From a candidate division WOR-3 bacterium (GTDB lineage: Bacteria > Hydrothermota > Tepidihabitantia > Tepidihabitantales > Tepidihabitantaceae): DNA of 64,000 bases. Below the pieces are notes generated by a model. The model worked only from the letters and a program-made list of their open reading frames with translations, had not been told where the DNA came from and did no database searches. The stretch is from contig CBFGIT010000001.1 of the NCBI GenBank assembly GCA_965648905.1, positions 149,107-213,106 of the forward strand, read 5' to 3'. How positions within the stretch are numbered: the stretch's first letter is position 1; each line of letters opens with the position of its first letter. A program made the position numbers and the translations under genes. Positions 9,583 through 19,833 of this stretch are shown in pieces.

Positions 9583-10932
9583 ATGCAGACTGCGGAGTGC
9601 GGACCGGCCGGAGCGCAGGGCGCAGGGCGCAGGGCGTCCCTGGTGGCGATGCTGGCCGGAACAGCAGCCCTGCTGGTTGCCCTCGGGGCCTGGTTTGGCC
9701 CGCGGCTCTGGCTGCCTGTTCTCGGCCTCGGTCTCGCCGCCGCGCTGCTGAAGTGGCCCGAGGTATGCCTGCTGCTCTTCCTCACCGCGGGCACGTTCAA
9801 GCTGGAGCTGGCGACCCTGCTTCAGTCCGAGATTGACGTCACCCTGGTTCTTGCCTTGGTCCTGGGGCTTGGTCTGGGCCTGCGCCTTCTCCGCCCACCG
9901 TCATCACCCCTCAATCAGCAGTTATCCATCACTCGTCACTCATCACCATTTCTTCCCTTCCTCGGCCTTGCCCTCCTCGTGCTGGTATCTGCGCTGGTTC
10001 ACCCCGACACAACCTATGGCTCGGCCAAGGCGGTCCGTTTTGCCAGCCTGACCGGGCTGGCGCTCGCTGCCGGGTACATGGTTCTGAAGGACCGCGCGCG
10101 GCTGACGCGATTCCTTGCCGGCAGTGCCCTGATGGGGGTAATGATGGTAGTCATGGGCCGCGTCACCTCTGCCGGCCTGACCGCGTTCAACGCCACCCAC
10201 ATCGCCACCGGCCGAATCATCGGACTGGGCCTGCTTGGCGCGCTGTACCTGATGCTCCGTGTCCGGAGCAAACCGGGCCGGGTTGTGCTGCTCGCCGCGA
10301 TCGTAGCGCTCGGTTTCGGTTTTCTGTATTCGGGCAGCCGGGGCAGCCTGGTCGCGCTTCTGGCAAGCGTGCTCTCTGTTGCCGTGGCTGCGTTCCGGTT
10401 CCGCCGGGGTCGGCGTCTGGTGATTGCCATGGCTGTGGTCCTGGGGCTGGCCGCCACAACTGTCACGTTCGTGTTTCCGGCTGCGGCCGAGACAATGAAC
10501 TCGCGGGTTGTCGCGGTCTTTGAGGACGCAGGTTCGGTCGGCTCGGCAACAGGACGGCTGCACCGGGCCGAGGACGCCTTGGAGCTATTCCGCGACCATC
10601 TAGTGTTCGGGGTCGGCATCGGCGGGTTCGACTTGGCGCGCGGGTATGCGGACGGTCAGCGCGGAGATTACGCGCACAACATCCTGCTCGAGGTCGGCTG
10701 CGAACTGGGGATACTTGGTCTGGCCCTGCTCCTCGCCCTGATACTTCCAGCCCTGTCCCGCTCAACCCGGGCTCTGGCCCTGACCCGGACCCGGGACGAG
10801 TTCGCGACTGCGGCGGTGCTCCTTGCAGTACTCGTCTACTTCCTGGTCAATGCCATGTTTTCCGGTGACCTGAACGACAACCGCCTCCTCTTTGCCGGTC
10901 TTGGGATGTGTGGCCGGGCGGTAGCTGCGTGA
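9583..10932 (+). CDS. O-antigen ligase/polymerase (Wzy_C) family membrane protein
   Basis: Many TM helices; SGSRGS, GVGIGGF and YAHNILLE motifs. Confidence 0.82.
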   Translation: MQTAECGPAGAQGAGRRASLVAMLAGTAALLVALGAWFGPRLWLPVLGLGLAAALLKWPEVCLLLFLTAGTFKLELATLLQSEIDVTLVLALVLGLGLGLRLLRPPSSPLNQQLSITRHSSPFLPFLGLALLVLVSALVHPDTTYGSAKAVRFASLTGLALAAGYMVLKDRARLTRFLAGSALMGVMMVVMGRVTSAGLTAFNATHIATGRIIGLGLLGALYLMLRVRSKPGRVVLLAAIVALGFGFLYSGSRGSLVALLASVLSVAVAAFRFRRGRRLVIAMAVVLGLAATTVTFVFPAAAETMNSRVVAVFEDAGSVGSATGRLHRAEDALELFRDHLVFGVGIGGFDLARGYADGQRGDYAHNILLEVGCELGILGLALLLALILPALSRSTRALALTRTRDEFATAAVLLAVLVYFLVNAMFSGDLNDNRLLFAGLGMCGRAVAA

Positions 10933-12383
10933 TGAACCGGCCTCTGCGAACCGTTGCTGCCCGCGGTGCTATCTGGACCGCTGTTGCCCAGGTCGGCGGA
11001 CAACTCCTCATGCTCGGGGTCAACGTTGTCCTTGCTCGTCTGCTCACGCCGGCAGAGTTCGGGACTGCCAGCGTGGCGCTGGTCAGTGCGCTGGTGCTGT
11101 CGGCGGTGACGCAGATGGGTCTTGGAGCCGCAATCATCCAGCGGGCGAAAGTAGAAGCATGCCACTACGACACGGCTCTCTGGACAAGCGTCCTGGCCGG
11201 GGTAGGTCTGGGTATGGCCTTCTGTGCGTCTGCCGTCCCAATCGCCGGACTGCTCAGGAACCCGGCTCTGGTCCCGGTCCTGCGGCTGTACTCAACTCTG
11301 TTTCTCCTCGGCGGTGTGTCGTCAGTCCAAGGGGCGCTGCTGACACGCGAGTTCCGCTTTCGCGACCTTGCTCTGGCCGGGCTGGCCGCACGTCTGGCTG
11401 GCGCTATCGTATCGGTCGGCTTGGCATTCTGGGGCTTGGGCGTGATGGCGATTGCCTGGGGATATGTGGCACTCAACGGAGTGAACGCCGCGTTGACCAT
11501 GGTCCTGAGCAGACATCTCAGGCGACCGGGCCGAGAAGTTTCGCTGGCCGCGCTCAAGGAGATGCTCGGATTCGGCTCCGGTATCATGGGCATGAACCTG
11601 CTCAACCAGCTAGCAAACGGGCTGGACGTTCTTGTGGTCGGCCGGGTCATGGGCGCGTCGAACACCGGGTTCTATTCGGTTGCGAACCAGCTTGTCACAT
11701 ACGTTCCGGGCCGACTCGGTGCGACCCTGAGCACGGTCGCTTTCCCGGCCATGGCGCGGGTGCAGGAGAACAAGGCGCGGCTGACCCGAGCCTATCTTGA
11801 CCTGACCGGGTTCACCGCCATTGTGACTCTACCGATACTCGCCGGAACCGCGGTACTCGCGCGCGACCTGGTCCCGGTGCTCTTCTCTGCCAAGTGGTCT
11901 GGGGCCTCATTGCTGGTGCCGGTTCTTTCGGTGTACGGCGCAGTGGTGGCGTTCGACTGGGTCTGGACCCAGGTCTTGAAGGCTTTGGGGCGTTCGTGGA
12001 GCATTGCCGGAATTGTGGGCCTGAGGGTTACCGGACTCGTGGGTGCGGTGGTACTGGGCGCGCGCTGGGGTCTGGTTGGCGTTGCCTGGGCAGTGGCCGG
12101 GTTCGGCCTGGTCTACTGGCTCGCCTACCAGTTGGTTGTGGGCCGGGCGCTTGGATTGGGCCTGGCCGCGTACTGCCGGGTCCTGGCCCGTCCGCTGGCC
12201 GGGTCCGCACTGATGGCGCTGGTTATGGCAGCGCTTCGAGCCAACCTGGCAGGAGCGATTGTTGCCGGAGTTGCAGTGTATTGCCTGGCCGCACTGACCC
12301 TGAACCGGAAGGTGGTACGCGAGCTGTTCGAAATGGCGAAAAGCGAACGGCAGATGGCGAACGGCGGGCAGGCATGCGCATAG
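10932..12383 (+). CDS. wzx: Polysaccharide flippase (Wzx/WzxC-like)
   Basis: LARLLTPAEFG, AIIQR, about 12-14 TM segments, FSAKW; lies within the polysaccharide cluster. Confidence 0.85.
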   Translation: MNRPLRTVAARGAIWTAVAQVGGQLLMLGVNVVLARLLTPAEFGTASVALVSALVLSAVTQMGLGAAIIQRAKVEACHYDTALWTSVLAGVGLGMAFCASAVPIAGLLRNPALVPVLRLYSTLFLLGGVSSVQGALLTREFRFRDLALAGLAARLAGAIVSVGLAFWGLGVMAIAWGYVALNGVNAALTMVLSRHLRRPGREVSLAALKEMLGFGSGIMGMNLLNQLANGLDVLVVGRVMGASNTGFYSVANQLVTYVPGRLGATLSTVAFPAMARVQENKARLTRAYLDLTGFTAIVTLPILAGTAVLARDLVPVLFSAKWSGASLLVPVLSVYGAVVAFDWVWTQVLKALGRSWSIAGIVGLRVTGLVGAVVLGARWGLVGVAWAVAGFGLVYWLAYQLVVGRALGLGLAAYCRVLARPLAGSALMALVMAALRANLAGAIVAGVAVYCLAALTLNRKVVRELFEMAKSERQMANGGQACA

Positions 12384-13519
12384 CCATGCTGACCTCGGTC
12401 CATGCGTGGAACGACGTGCGCATCTATGAGAAAGAGGCGCAGAGCCTGGCCGAGCGCGGGCATCAAGTGGTTGTCGTCGGACCGGTGGACAGCGGACGCA
12501 CGTCAGCAGGCAGAATGCAGAATGCGCAATGCAGGACTGCCGGGGCGCATGTTGAGCATGTGCCGGTCAGCATACCGAAGAAGCGGGTGGCGCGGATGGT
12601 TGTCGGCGGCCTGAGGATGCTTTGTTCCGGGCTGAAGCAACAGGCGGATGTGTACCATTTTCATGACCCTGAGCTGCTGCCGGTCGGACTGATCTTGCGG
12701 CTGATGGGCAGGCGGGTGGTCTATGACGTGCATGAGGACTACCCGGAGCAGATACTGTCCAAGCACTACCTGCCGATCTGGCTGCGCCGGACCGTGGCCC
12801 GGGCATTCGGCCGAGGCGAGAAGCTCGTGGCCCGACTGCTCGACGGCGTGGTTGCCGCAACCGACCACATTGCCAGCAGGTTCAACGGAACCAAGGTGGT
12901 GGTGGTGCGGAACTACCCAAAGACGGGCGAACAGCGCACGACGAATGGTGCAAGACGAACGGCCACGGAGCCGTTCCGGGTCTGCCATCTGGCCGGAACC
13001 CTGACCGAAGAGCGCGGAGTAAGCAGCTTGGTCCGGGCGATGGAGTATCTGGGTGACGGCTTTGAGCTGGTCCTGGCCGGCCGGTTCGTACCCGAGGCAT
13101 ATGAGGATGAGATTCGTACCCTGGCCGGGTTCAGGTGGGTCCGCTGCCTCGGAGTTGTGCCCCATGCTGAGGTCTGGCGCTGGTACGCACAGTCCGACGT
13201 CGGCGCAGTCTGTCTGCTTCCCGTGCCCCGGTTTCAGGTCAGTCTGCCGGTGAAGCTGTTCGAGTTCATGTCGGCCGGTCTTCCAGTCGTTGCGTCGGAT
13301 TTCCCGCTGTTCCGGGAAATTGTCGAAGGCAGCGATTGCGGGATGTGCGTGAATCCGGAGGCGCCAGCAGAAATCGCCCGGGCGGTGCGTCGACTGGCAG
13401 GGAACGAGGAGGAACGGAGCCGCATGAGCGCACGGGGCATGGCGGCGGTCAGGACCCGGTACAACTGGGAAGCAGAGGTAGAGAAGCTGGTCGGTCTCTA
13501 TGAGGAGATGGAGAGATGA
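12374..13519 (+). CDS. Glycosyltransferase family 4
   Basis: Start MRIAMLTSVH at 12374; YHFHDPELL, YDVHEDY, KLFEFMSAGLPVVASDFP. Confidence 0.9.
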   Translation: MRIAMLTSVHAWNDVRIYEKEAQSLAERGHQVVVVGPVDSGRTSAGRMQNAQCRTAGAHVEHVPVSIPKKRVARMVVGGLRMLCSGLKQQADVYHFHDPELLPVGLILRLMGRRVVYDVHEDYPEQILSKHYLPIWLRRTVARAFGRGEKLVARLLDGVVAATDHIASRFNGTKVVVVRNYPKTGEQRTTNGARRTATEPFRVCHLAGTLTEERGVSSLVRAMEYLGDGFELVLAGRFVPEAYEDEIRTLAGFRWVRCLGVVPHAEVWRWYAQSDVGAVCLLPVPRFQVSLPVKLFEFMSAGLPVVASDFPLFREIVEGSDCGMCVNPEAPAEIARAVRRLAGNEEERSRMSARGMAAVRTRYNWEAEVEKLVGLYEEMER

Positions 13520-14550
13520 ACCGAGCATGGGAGCCGAAGGTAAGTCTGGTGGTGGTGTGTCGCAATGAGGAGAAAAGCATCGCGGCCACGCTTGAGTCGC
13601 TGTTCTCTCAGGACTATCCGGCTGAGCTGATTGAGGTTGTGGTTGTCGACGGAATGAGCACCGACCGGACCAGGGAAGTGATTCACAGAACGTGCGACCT
13701 GAAGGCCAGGTATCGAGTCAGGGTCCTGGACAATCCGGAGCGGGTCGCACCGACCGGATTGAACATCGGAGTTGAGGCTGCTTCCGGCGAGGTGGTCTTT
13801 GTGATGGGTGCCCATGCCCGGTATTCGCCAAACTACGTCTCGGGCGCAGTCGATGCTCTGGCCCGGTTTGGCGCTGACGCGGTCGGCGGCGCCGTGAGGA
13901 CCGTGCCTGGAGCCGCTACCGCGCTGGCCCGCTCAATTGCCCGGGCGCTCGGCTCCCGGTTCGGCGTGGGCAATTCCCTGATGCGCGTGGGCGTGCCCGA
14001 GGCTCAGGAGGCCGACACTGCCGCATATGCCGGTTACCGACAGACCGTGTTCCAGCGGGTCGGGCTGTTTGACCCGCGTCTGGTAAGAAACCAGGACATC
14101 GAGTTCAACTTGAGGATGCGGCGGGCTGGGATGAAAATCGTTGTCGAACCCGCGATTCAGAGTCTGTATCAGGCACGACCAACCCTGTCCGGCCTGGCGC
14201 GAAATGCGTTTGACAACGGGTTCTGGGTCATTCACGGCGCGCGGTTCTCTCACCGGCCGTTTGCCCTGCGCCATCTGGTCCCTCTTGGGTTTGTCGTCTC
14301 GCTGGTCGTGACCGGACTCATGGCCGCGATTGTGCCCGCTGCCCGTTTGTTGTTCGGCGCACTGGCCGGCACATATCTTGCCGTTGATCTGGTCGCGTCG
14401 CTTGCCGGACGCGGAGGCCCGATTCGGGTACGACTCTGGCTGGTAGTGGTCTACCCGGTTCTGCATCTCTCATACGGCCTGGGCTCGGTCTGGGCCGCGG
14501 TCCGCCCGGTGCCGCGCGTCGGACGCGCTATTGCCGGAGGCAGCCCATGA
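13516..14550 (+). CDS. Glycosyltransferase family 2 (ExoA-like)
   Basis: CRNEE, VVDGMSTDRT, RNQDIEFNLR, C-terminal TM helices. Confidence 0.88.
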   Translation: MNRAWEPKVSLVVVCRNEEKSIAATLESLFSQDYPAELIEVVVVDGMSTDRTREVIHRTCDLKARYRVRVLDNPERVAPTGLNIGVEAASGEVVFVMGAHARYSPNYVSGAVDALARFGADAVGGAVRTVPGAATALARSIARALGSRFGVGNSLMRVGVPEAQEADTAAYAGYRQTVFQRVGLFDPRLVRNQDIEFNLRMRRAGMKIVVEPAIQSLYQARPTLSGLARNAFDNGFWVIHGARFSHRPFALRHLVPLGFVVSLVVTGLMAAIVPAARLLFGALAGTYLAVDLVASLAGRGGPIRVRLWLVVVYPVLHLSYGLGSVWAAVRPVPRVGRAIAGGSP

Positions 14551-15464
14551 GCCTGACGAACGCCCTCAGCGCCGCCGGGATTGGTCTCGTGACGTCGTTC
14601 GGACTTTCTGCCTGGCTGACAAAGCTGGCCGAGCGCTACAACTGGCACGACCGGCCAGGTGATGTACTAAAGGTCCATGTGCGGCCGATTCCCATGGTCG
14701 GCGGGTTCGGGGTCTATGTCGCGTTCAGCCTTGTGGCCTTGATTCAGACCGGGACCGCGGTCCTGGCCGGCGTCGGGCTGGTTTCGCTTGCGCTCGGAGC
14801 CTGGGACGACTTCCGGTGGAAATCACACGCCGTGCCTGGAACCAAGTTCATGCTCCAGCTAGGTGGGGCTGCGACAATGCTCTGGCTCTTGCGGGCTGCC
14901 GGGGTTCGGCTCGAAGGCGCACCAGCCTGGGTCTTCTGGCTGCTTGGACTTGGCTTCGTTGTCGGCGGGATGAACGCGCTCAACCTCGAAGACGGCATGG
15001 ACGGACTGGCCGCAGGCGAAGCAGCACTGTCCGCACTCGGGTTCTCCTTCCTACTGCACCATCAAGGCCTCTCCGGTCCGGCTCTGGCCGGAGCGGCTTT
15101 GGCCGGAGCCCTGCTCGGGTTCCTTGCCCTCAACTGGCATCCGGCTCGTCTCTTTCTCGGTGACGGCGGCAGCCATCTTACCGGCGCGCTCCTGGCCGGA
15201 CTGGCCCTTGTCTCAATCGACCGAGCTGGCGCTCATCTCGTCCTGCCCGCGATTCTCATCATCGGCCTGCCGGTCTTTGACACGGTCTGGGTCATCACCC
15301 GCCGCCTAGCCGCAGGCCGCAGTGTCACGACCGGAGACCGGGGCCACCTCTACGATGTCCTCTTCGATGCCAACCACTCGGTGCGCAGGACCGTTGCCAT
15401 TTGCTGGCTGGTCCAGCTCGGATTTGTCATGCTCGGACTGGTGCTTGCATGGCTCGGAACATGA
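14547..15464 (+). CDS. MraY/WecA-family polyprenyl-phosphate sugar-1-phosphate transferase
   Basis: KVH..PIP.VGG, GAWDD, NALNLEDGMDGLA, FLGDGGS, DRGHL. Confidence 0.88.
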   Translation: MSLTNALSAAGIGLVTSFGLSAWLTKLAERYNWHDRPGDVLKVHVRPIPMVGGFGVYVAFSLVALIQTGTAVLAGVGLVSLALGAWDDFRWKSHAVPGTKFMLQLGGAATMLWLLRAAGVRLEGAPAWVFWLLGLGFVVGGMNALNLEDGMDGLAAGEAALSALGFSFLLHHQGLSGPALAGAALAGALLGFLALNWHPARLFLGDGGSHLTGALLAGLALVSIDRAGAHLVLPAILIIGLPVFDTVWVITRRLAAGRSVTTGDRGHLYDVLFDANHSVRRTVAICWLVQLGFVMLGLVLAWLGT

Positions 15465-16645
15465 TTCCGCTTTCTGGGGCTGACATCGGCCCGGCCGAAA
15501 AAGCGGCGGTCGCCCGGGTGCTTGAGTCCGGACGGCTGAGCCTTGGGCCCTGTGCGCTGGAGTTCGAACGCCTGGTGGCAGACTACGTTGGAGTCAAACA
15601 CGCGGTCGCGGTCAGCTCGGGCACGGCCGGACTCCATCTTGTGGTTCGTGCGCTGGGCTTGAAACCCGGAGACGAAGTCATTACCACGTCATTCAGCTTC
15701 GTCGCCTCGGTCAACTGCCTGCTCTACGAAGGGGTGAAACCGGTCTTTGCCGACATCGACCCGGCAACCTTGTGCATTGACCCGCTCCAGGTCGAGAAGC
15801 TCATCACCCCCCGGACCCGCGCCATCCTCGCCGTCGATGTCTTTGGCCGGCCGGCTGACTGGCCCGCACTCGAAGCGATCGCGCGCAGACACCGTCTGGT
15901 ACTGATTGAAGACTCCTGCGAAGCGCTCGGCTCAAGCCTGGGTTCGCGCCGCTGCGGCAGCTTTGGCGACGCCGCGGTCTTTGCTTTCTACCCTAACAAG
16001 CAGATTACCACCGGTGAAGGCGGCATGATTGTCACGCGCCACCGCCGTATCGCCGACCTGTGCCGCAGCATGGCCAACCAAGGCCGTGCCCTGCGGGCAG
16101 GCCCGCACTTACCAGCCTGCTGGCTTGAGCATGTCCGGCTCGGGTACAATTACCGGTTGAGCGAGCTGGCCGCAGCCTTAGGATGCGCCCAGATGAAACG
16201 TCTCGACCGGATTGTCAAACGCCGGCGTATCGTTGCCCGACGCTATGACCGTCTTCTCGCCCACGTACCCGGCGTCCGTCCGGTCCTTCCTCACTCTTCA
16301 CTCCTCACTCCTCGCTCCTCACTCGAGATGAGCCCCTTTGTCTACTGCGTCCGTCTCGCCCCCGGCCTCTCCCGCGCGCGCGTCATGGCCGGACTCCGCA
16401 ACCAGGGAGTAGCCTGCGCCGACTACTTCCGACCGATTCACCGCCAGCCCTGTTTCCGCAAGACCTTTCCCGGCCACGAGTTCCCGAACCTGCCCGTTAC
16501 TGAGGCGGCCGGGCGCGAACTCGTGGCCCTGCCATTTTTCACCCGCCTGTCAAGCACCGACCAGCAGCGGGTTGTCCGCGCACTCACTCGCGCCCTGGAG
16601 AATACCATTCGCCGTTCACCATGGAGGAATCATGCAGCAAGATAG
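15461..16645 (+). CDS. DegT/DnrJ/EryC1 aminotransferase
   Basis: MIPLS, SSGTAGLHL, EDSCEALG, FAFYPNKQITTGEGG, GYNYRLSE. Confidence 0.9.
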   Translation: MIPLSGADIGPAEKAAVARVLESGRLSLGPCALEFERLVADYVGVKHAVAVSSGTAGLHLVVRALGLKPGDEVITTSFSFVASVNCLLYEGVKPVFADIDPATLCIDPLQVEKLITPRTRAILAVDVFGRPADWPALEAIARRHRLVLIEDSCEALGSSLGSRRCGSFGDAAVFAFYPNKQITTGEGGMIVTRHRRIADLCRSMANQGRALRAGPHLPACWLEHVRLGYNYRLSELAAALGCAQMKRLDRIVKRRRIVARRYDRLLAHVPGVRPVLPHSSLLTPRSSLEMSPFVYCVRLAPGLSRARVMAGLRNQGVACADYFRPIHRQPCFRKTFPGHEFPNLPVTEAAGRELVALPFFTRLSSTDQQRVVRALTRALENTIRRSPWRNHAAR

Positions 16646-18815
16646 AAGTCTGCGTTACTACTGGGACGTCATCACCAGACGTTTGTGGCTGCTTATCGGT
16701 ATCTTTGCCGGTGTCGCCGCGGTCGTTTTCATCGGCGGCGCCCGGCAGCGACCTCTCTACCGCTCGAGCGCAACCCTGCTCGTCAGCCAGGACGGAGTGT
16801 CAACCGACCCGATGCAGTTGTTCGGGACGACCGCCAGCCTGGCCAAACGACCGATCCTGGTCAACCACATCGAGATCCTCAAGAGCTACGCCATCGCCCG
16901 TATGGTCGCCGACGCACTGCCCGACACCCTCCGCGAACAACTCCGCCGGGCCGACCGGCATGACGCGGCCCTCTACCTTCAGCGCTCGCTCACTGTCCGA
17001 CCCGTACGCGACGCCGACATCATCAACTTGAGCGTTCTCGCCCCAAACCCGGTCCTTGCCTGCGCACTCGCTGCCGCCTATGTCGACGCCTATCGCGCCT
17101 TCAACCTCAACCGCAGCCGGGCGGACGTCAGCGCGATCCGCGAATTCGTCGGTGCCCAGCTCGAACTGGTCAGCGCCCGGCTCGATTCCGCCGAGGCGAG
17201 ACTGGAGCAGTTCAAGAGCACCCACCGAATAACCGGGCTCGAACACGAAACCCGGGCCGCCGTCGACCGGCAGACCCAGGTCATCGCCCTCTACGAACGC
17301 AACCGGGCCGAACGGGCCGGTATCGATGAAGAACTCGCCTGGCTCCGCCGCCGCCTCGACAGCCTCGGCGCCTCTGCCCGACTCCAAGACCTCGCCGCAC
17401 CCATGGTGACCGACCTGCGCCGCGAACTGGCCCGGCTCGAAGTCGAGCGCACCGGCCTCCTGGTTCAGGGCTACGACCCGTCAAGCCCGCGCGTCATTCG
17501 GCTGACCGAACAGGAAAGGACGCTCAAGCGTCGCCTCGAACAGGAACTCAGCAGCCTGATCACCGCTGCCGGCACTGACGACCCGGCGGCTCGGGTCAGC
17601 GTCCTTATGAACCGCATCGCCGAGCTGGAACCAGAGCGTGAGCGGCTGCGTGCGGCCGAAGGCGCTTTGGCCGGAGTCGTCGCCGCCTATGACGGCGAGT
17701 TGCGCTCCCTGCCCGGGCAGGAACGGTCTCTGGCTCGGCTCACGCGCGAGGTCGAGGTCGGCCGTCAGGTCCACATGCTGCTGGCCCAGCGCCACGAGGA
17801 GGCACGGATTCAGGAAGCCGGACGCCTCTCCGCGGTCGGATTGGTCGACCAGCCCCGGACCGGCGCCCGCGTCCGACCCAACCACAGGAACAACGCCCTG
17901 CTTGCCCTGCTCCTCGCGGTCATGATCTCATTCGGCACGGTCCTCACGGTCGACTACCTTGACACAACCGTGCGCCGGCCCGAGGACCTCGAACGCCAGG
18001 GCTTCTCGGTCCTTGCCTCGGTTCCGCGCATTGCGCCGACCACGCCGGTTCAGCCGGTCCCGCTGGCAGTCAGTGACCCGGCGGCCCCGCCGGTCGAGGC
18101 GTTCCGCGTACTCCGCACCAACCTCCAGTTTGCTGGCTCAGGCCGGGCCCTGAAGACCATCATCGTCACCTCGCCGGGCGCAGGCGAGGGCAAGTCCACG
18201 GTCGCCTCAAACCTCGCCTCGGTCATGGCTCAGGCCGGCCGCCGGGTCCTCCTCATCGACGCCGACCTCAGACGCCCCAAACAGCACACCATCTTCGGCC
18301 GGCACAAGAAACCCGGGCTCACCGACACGGTCATGCTCGGCGCATCATTCGACCAGGCCCGCCTCCGCGTCCCGGTCCACGTCACCACGCCCGAACCCAT
18401 CACCCCTCACTCCTCACTCATCACTCATGACTCCTCGGGCCTCCTCGACGTGCTCTTCGCCGGGACCATGCCGCCCTCGCCGGTCGACTTCCTCAACTCG
18501 CCGGTCCTCCACGACCACCTCCGGCGCCTCGCCGACCAGTACGACGCGTTGGTCATCGATACCCCACCGGTCCTGGTCTCAGCCGATGCCGCGGTCCTTG
18601 CCGCCCGGGCCGATGGCGTCGTCCTCGTTGCCCGGATGTCAAGAACCGACTGGCGGGCCCTTGACGAAGCCCGCCGACTGCTCCTTCAGGCCGGGGCGCA
18701 CACCCTCGGGGTCACGGCCAACGACCTCAGCCTGAGCCGCGGCTACGGCTATGCCCGATACCGCTACTACCATTACCGCTCAGCCGAGCGACCCGCGCTC
18801 GCGGTCAATCCCTAG
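16632..18815 (+). CDS. wzc: Wzc-type chain-length determinant / BY tyrosine kinase
   Basis: Two TM segments flanking a coiled-coil; EAFRVLRTNL, Walker A GEGKS, IDADLRRP, IDTPP; Tyr-rich tail GYGYARYRYYHY. Confidence 0.9.
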   Translation: MQQDRSLRYYWDVITRRLWLLIGIFAGVAAVVFIGGARQRPLYRSSATLLVSQDGVSTDPMQLFGTTASLAKRPILVNHIEILKSYAIARMVADALPDTLREQLRRADRHDAALYLQRSLTVRPVRDADIINLSVLAPNPVLACALAAAYVDAYRAFNLNRSRADVSAIREFVGAQLELVSARLDSAEARLEQFKSTHRITGLEHETRAAVDRQTQVIALYERNRAERAGIDEELAWLRRRLDSLGASARLQDLAAPMVTDLRRELARLEVERTGLLVQGYDPSSPRVIRLTEQERTLKRRLEQELSSLITAAGTDDPAARVSVLMNRIAELEPERERLRAAEGALAGVVAAYDGELRSLPGQERSLARLTREVEVGRQVHMLLAQRHEEARIQEAGRLSAVGLVDQPRTGARVRPNHRNNALLALLLAVMISFGTVLTVDYLDTTVRRPEDLERQGFSVLASVPRIAPTTPVQPVPLAVSDPAAPPVEAFRVLRTNLQFAGSGRALKTIIVTSPGAGEGKSTVASNLASVMAQAGRRVLLIDADLRRPKQHTIFGRHKKPGLTDTVMLGASFDQARLRVPVHVTTPEPITPHSSLITHDSSGLLDVLFAGTMPPSPVDFLNSPVLHDHLRRLADQYDALVIDTPPVLVSADAAVLAARADGVVLVARMSRTDWRALDEARRLLLQAGAHTLGVTANDLSLSRGYGYARYRYYHYRSAERPALAVNP

Positions 18816-19150
18816 CTCTTCGCGGCCGGAAGATGCGGCTCAATCCTGGCGGTCAGCGCCGGCTCCGGGGCAAACCCGACCATGCGCTCTACTTCTTTGC
18901 CGTCTTTGAAGATTATCAGAGTTGGAATGCCGTGGATGTTGTACCGGCCCGGCGTGTCCGGCGCCTCGTCGGTGTTCAGCTTGCAGACCTTGAGCCGGCC
19001 CTGGTAACGCTCAGCCAGCTTTTCAACGACCGGCGCAATCATCTTGCAGGGCCCGCACCACGGTGCCCAGAAGTCGACCAGTACCGTCTCAGTCGACTTG
19101 ATTACCTCGGACTCGAACGTGCCGTCATTGACGTGTCGAACTTCAGCCAT
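18812..19150 (-). CDS. trxA: Thioredoxin
   Basis: VLVDFWAPWCGPCKMIAP, IPTL. Confidence 0.96.
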   Translation of the reverse strand: MAEVRHVNDGTFESEVIKSTETVLVDFWAPWCGPCKMIAPVVEKLAERYQGRLKVCKLNTDEAPDTPGRYNIHGIPTLIIFKDGKEVERMVGFAPEPALTARIEPHLPAAKS

Positions 19151-19406
19151 TCTTCTTTTCCTCCTCAGCTATTCGGACGAGCAGCCGGACCAACTGCGAA
19201 AGCCGCGGCCGCGCCAACTTGTAACAAACCTGGTTACCATTACGCTCGCACAAGACCAGACCCGAGGCCCGCAACACGGCAAGCTGCTGCGACACGGTTG
19301 CCTGAGCCGCGCCCAGACACTCGGTAATGCGCTTCACGTTGCAGCTCTGCTGCATGAGATAGGCAACAATCTGCAACCGGAGCGGATGACCGAGCGCCTT
19401 CAGCAT
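19143..19406 (-). CDS. ArsR/SmtB-family regulator (true start may lie slightly upstream)
   Basis: LKALGHPLRLQI, QATVSQQLAVLR..GLV...R.G..V.Y. Confidence 0.85.
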   Translation of the reverse strand: MLKALGHPLRLQIVAYLMQQSCNVKRITECLGAAQATVSQQLAVLRASGLVLCERNGNQVCYKLARPRLSQLVRLLVRIAEEEKKNG

Positions 19407-19506
19407 CGGCGCGAGGCTCCGGGCCTGTTCCTGGTTGATGCAATATTCGATAATATCTATAGACCGTTTCCCCGGTGTCCGGGATTCTTTCGCGCCGGGT
19501 CGCGGA

Positions 19507-19788
19507 CTAGAACTTGTACCAGAGATAGGCCGCCAGCGCGACCAGCAGGACCGCCACTGTTGTCACCGACAAGGATACCCCAACCGTGAAAGTCGCAAAA
19601 CCGAGATTGACCGTCAGGTTCGGCACGCCGATGGGCAGGGCCTTGAAGAAGAAGTCCCGCACCGGCCCTGAGGGAAACAGCCCGGCCAGAAAATACGACA
19701 CGACACTGCCCGATACACCGGCAACAAACACGGCGAGCACGAGCAGACCGACCGAGCGACCGCCGGCAGCAGGTGTGCGGGTTCTCAT
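19507..19788 (-). CDS. Small membrane protein (DUF4321-like)
   Basis: Two TM segments with a 'TVNLGFATFTVG' hairpin between them. Confidence 0.6.
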   Translation of the reverse strand: MRTRTPAAGGRSVGLLVLAVFVAGVSGSVVSYFLAGLFPSGPVRDFFFKALPIGVPNLTVNLGFATFTVGVSLSVTTVAVLLVALAAYLWYKF

Positions 19789-19833
19789 GAACTGACCGCC
19801 GATAATACCAAGCGACGGCCAGGAATCAAGCGC

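Noticed and set aside
11894..12373. N-terminal extension of the GT4 ORF
   Set aside because: It overlaps wzx in another frame. The GT4 fold starts at MRIAML (12374).
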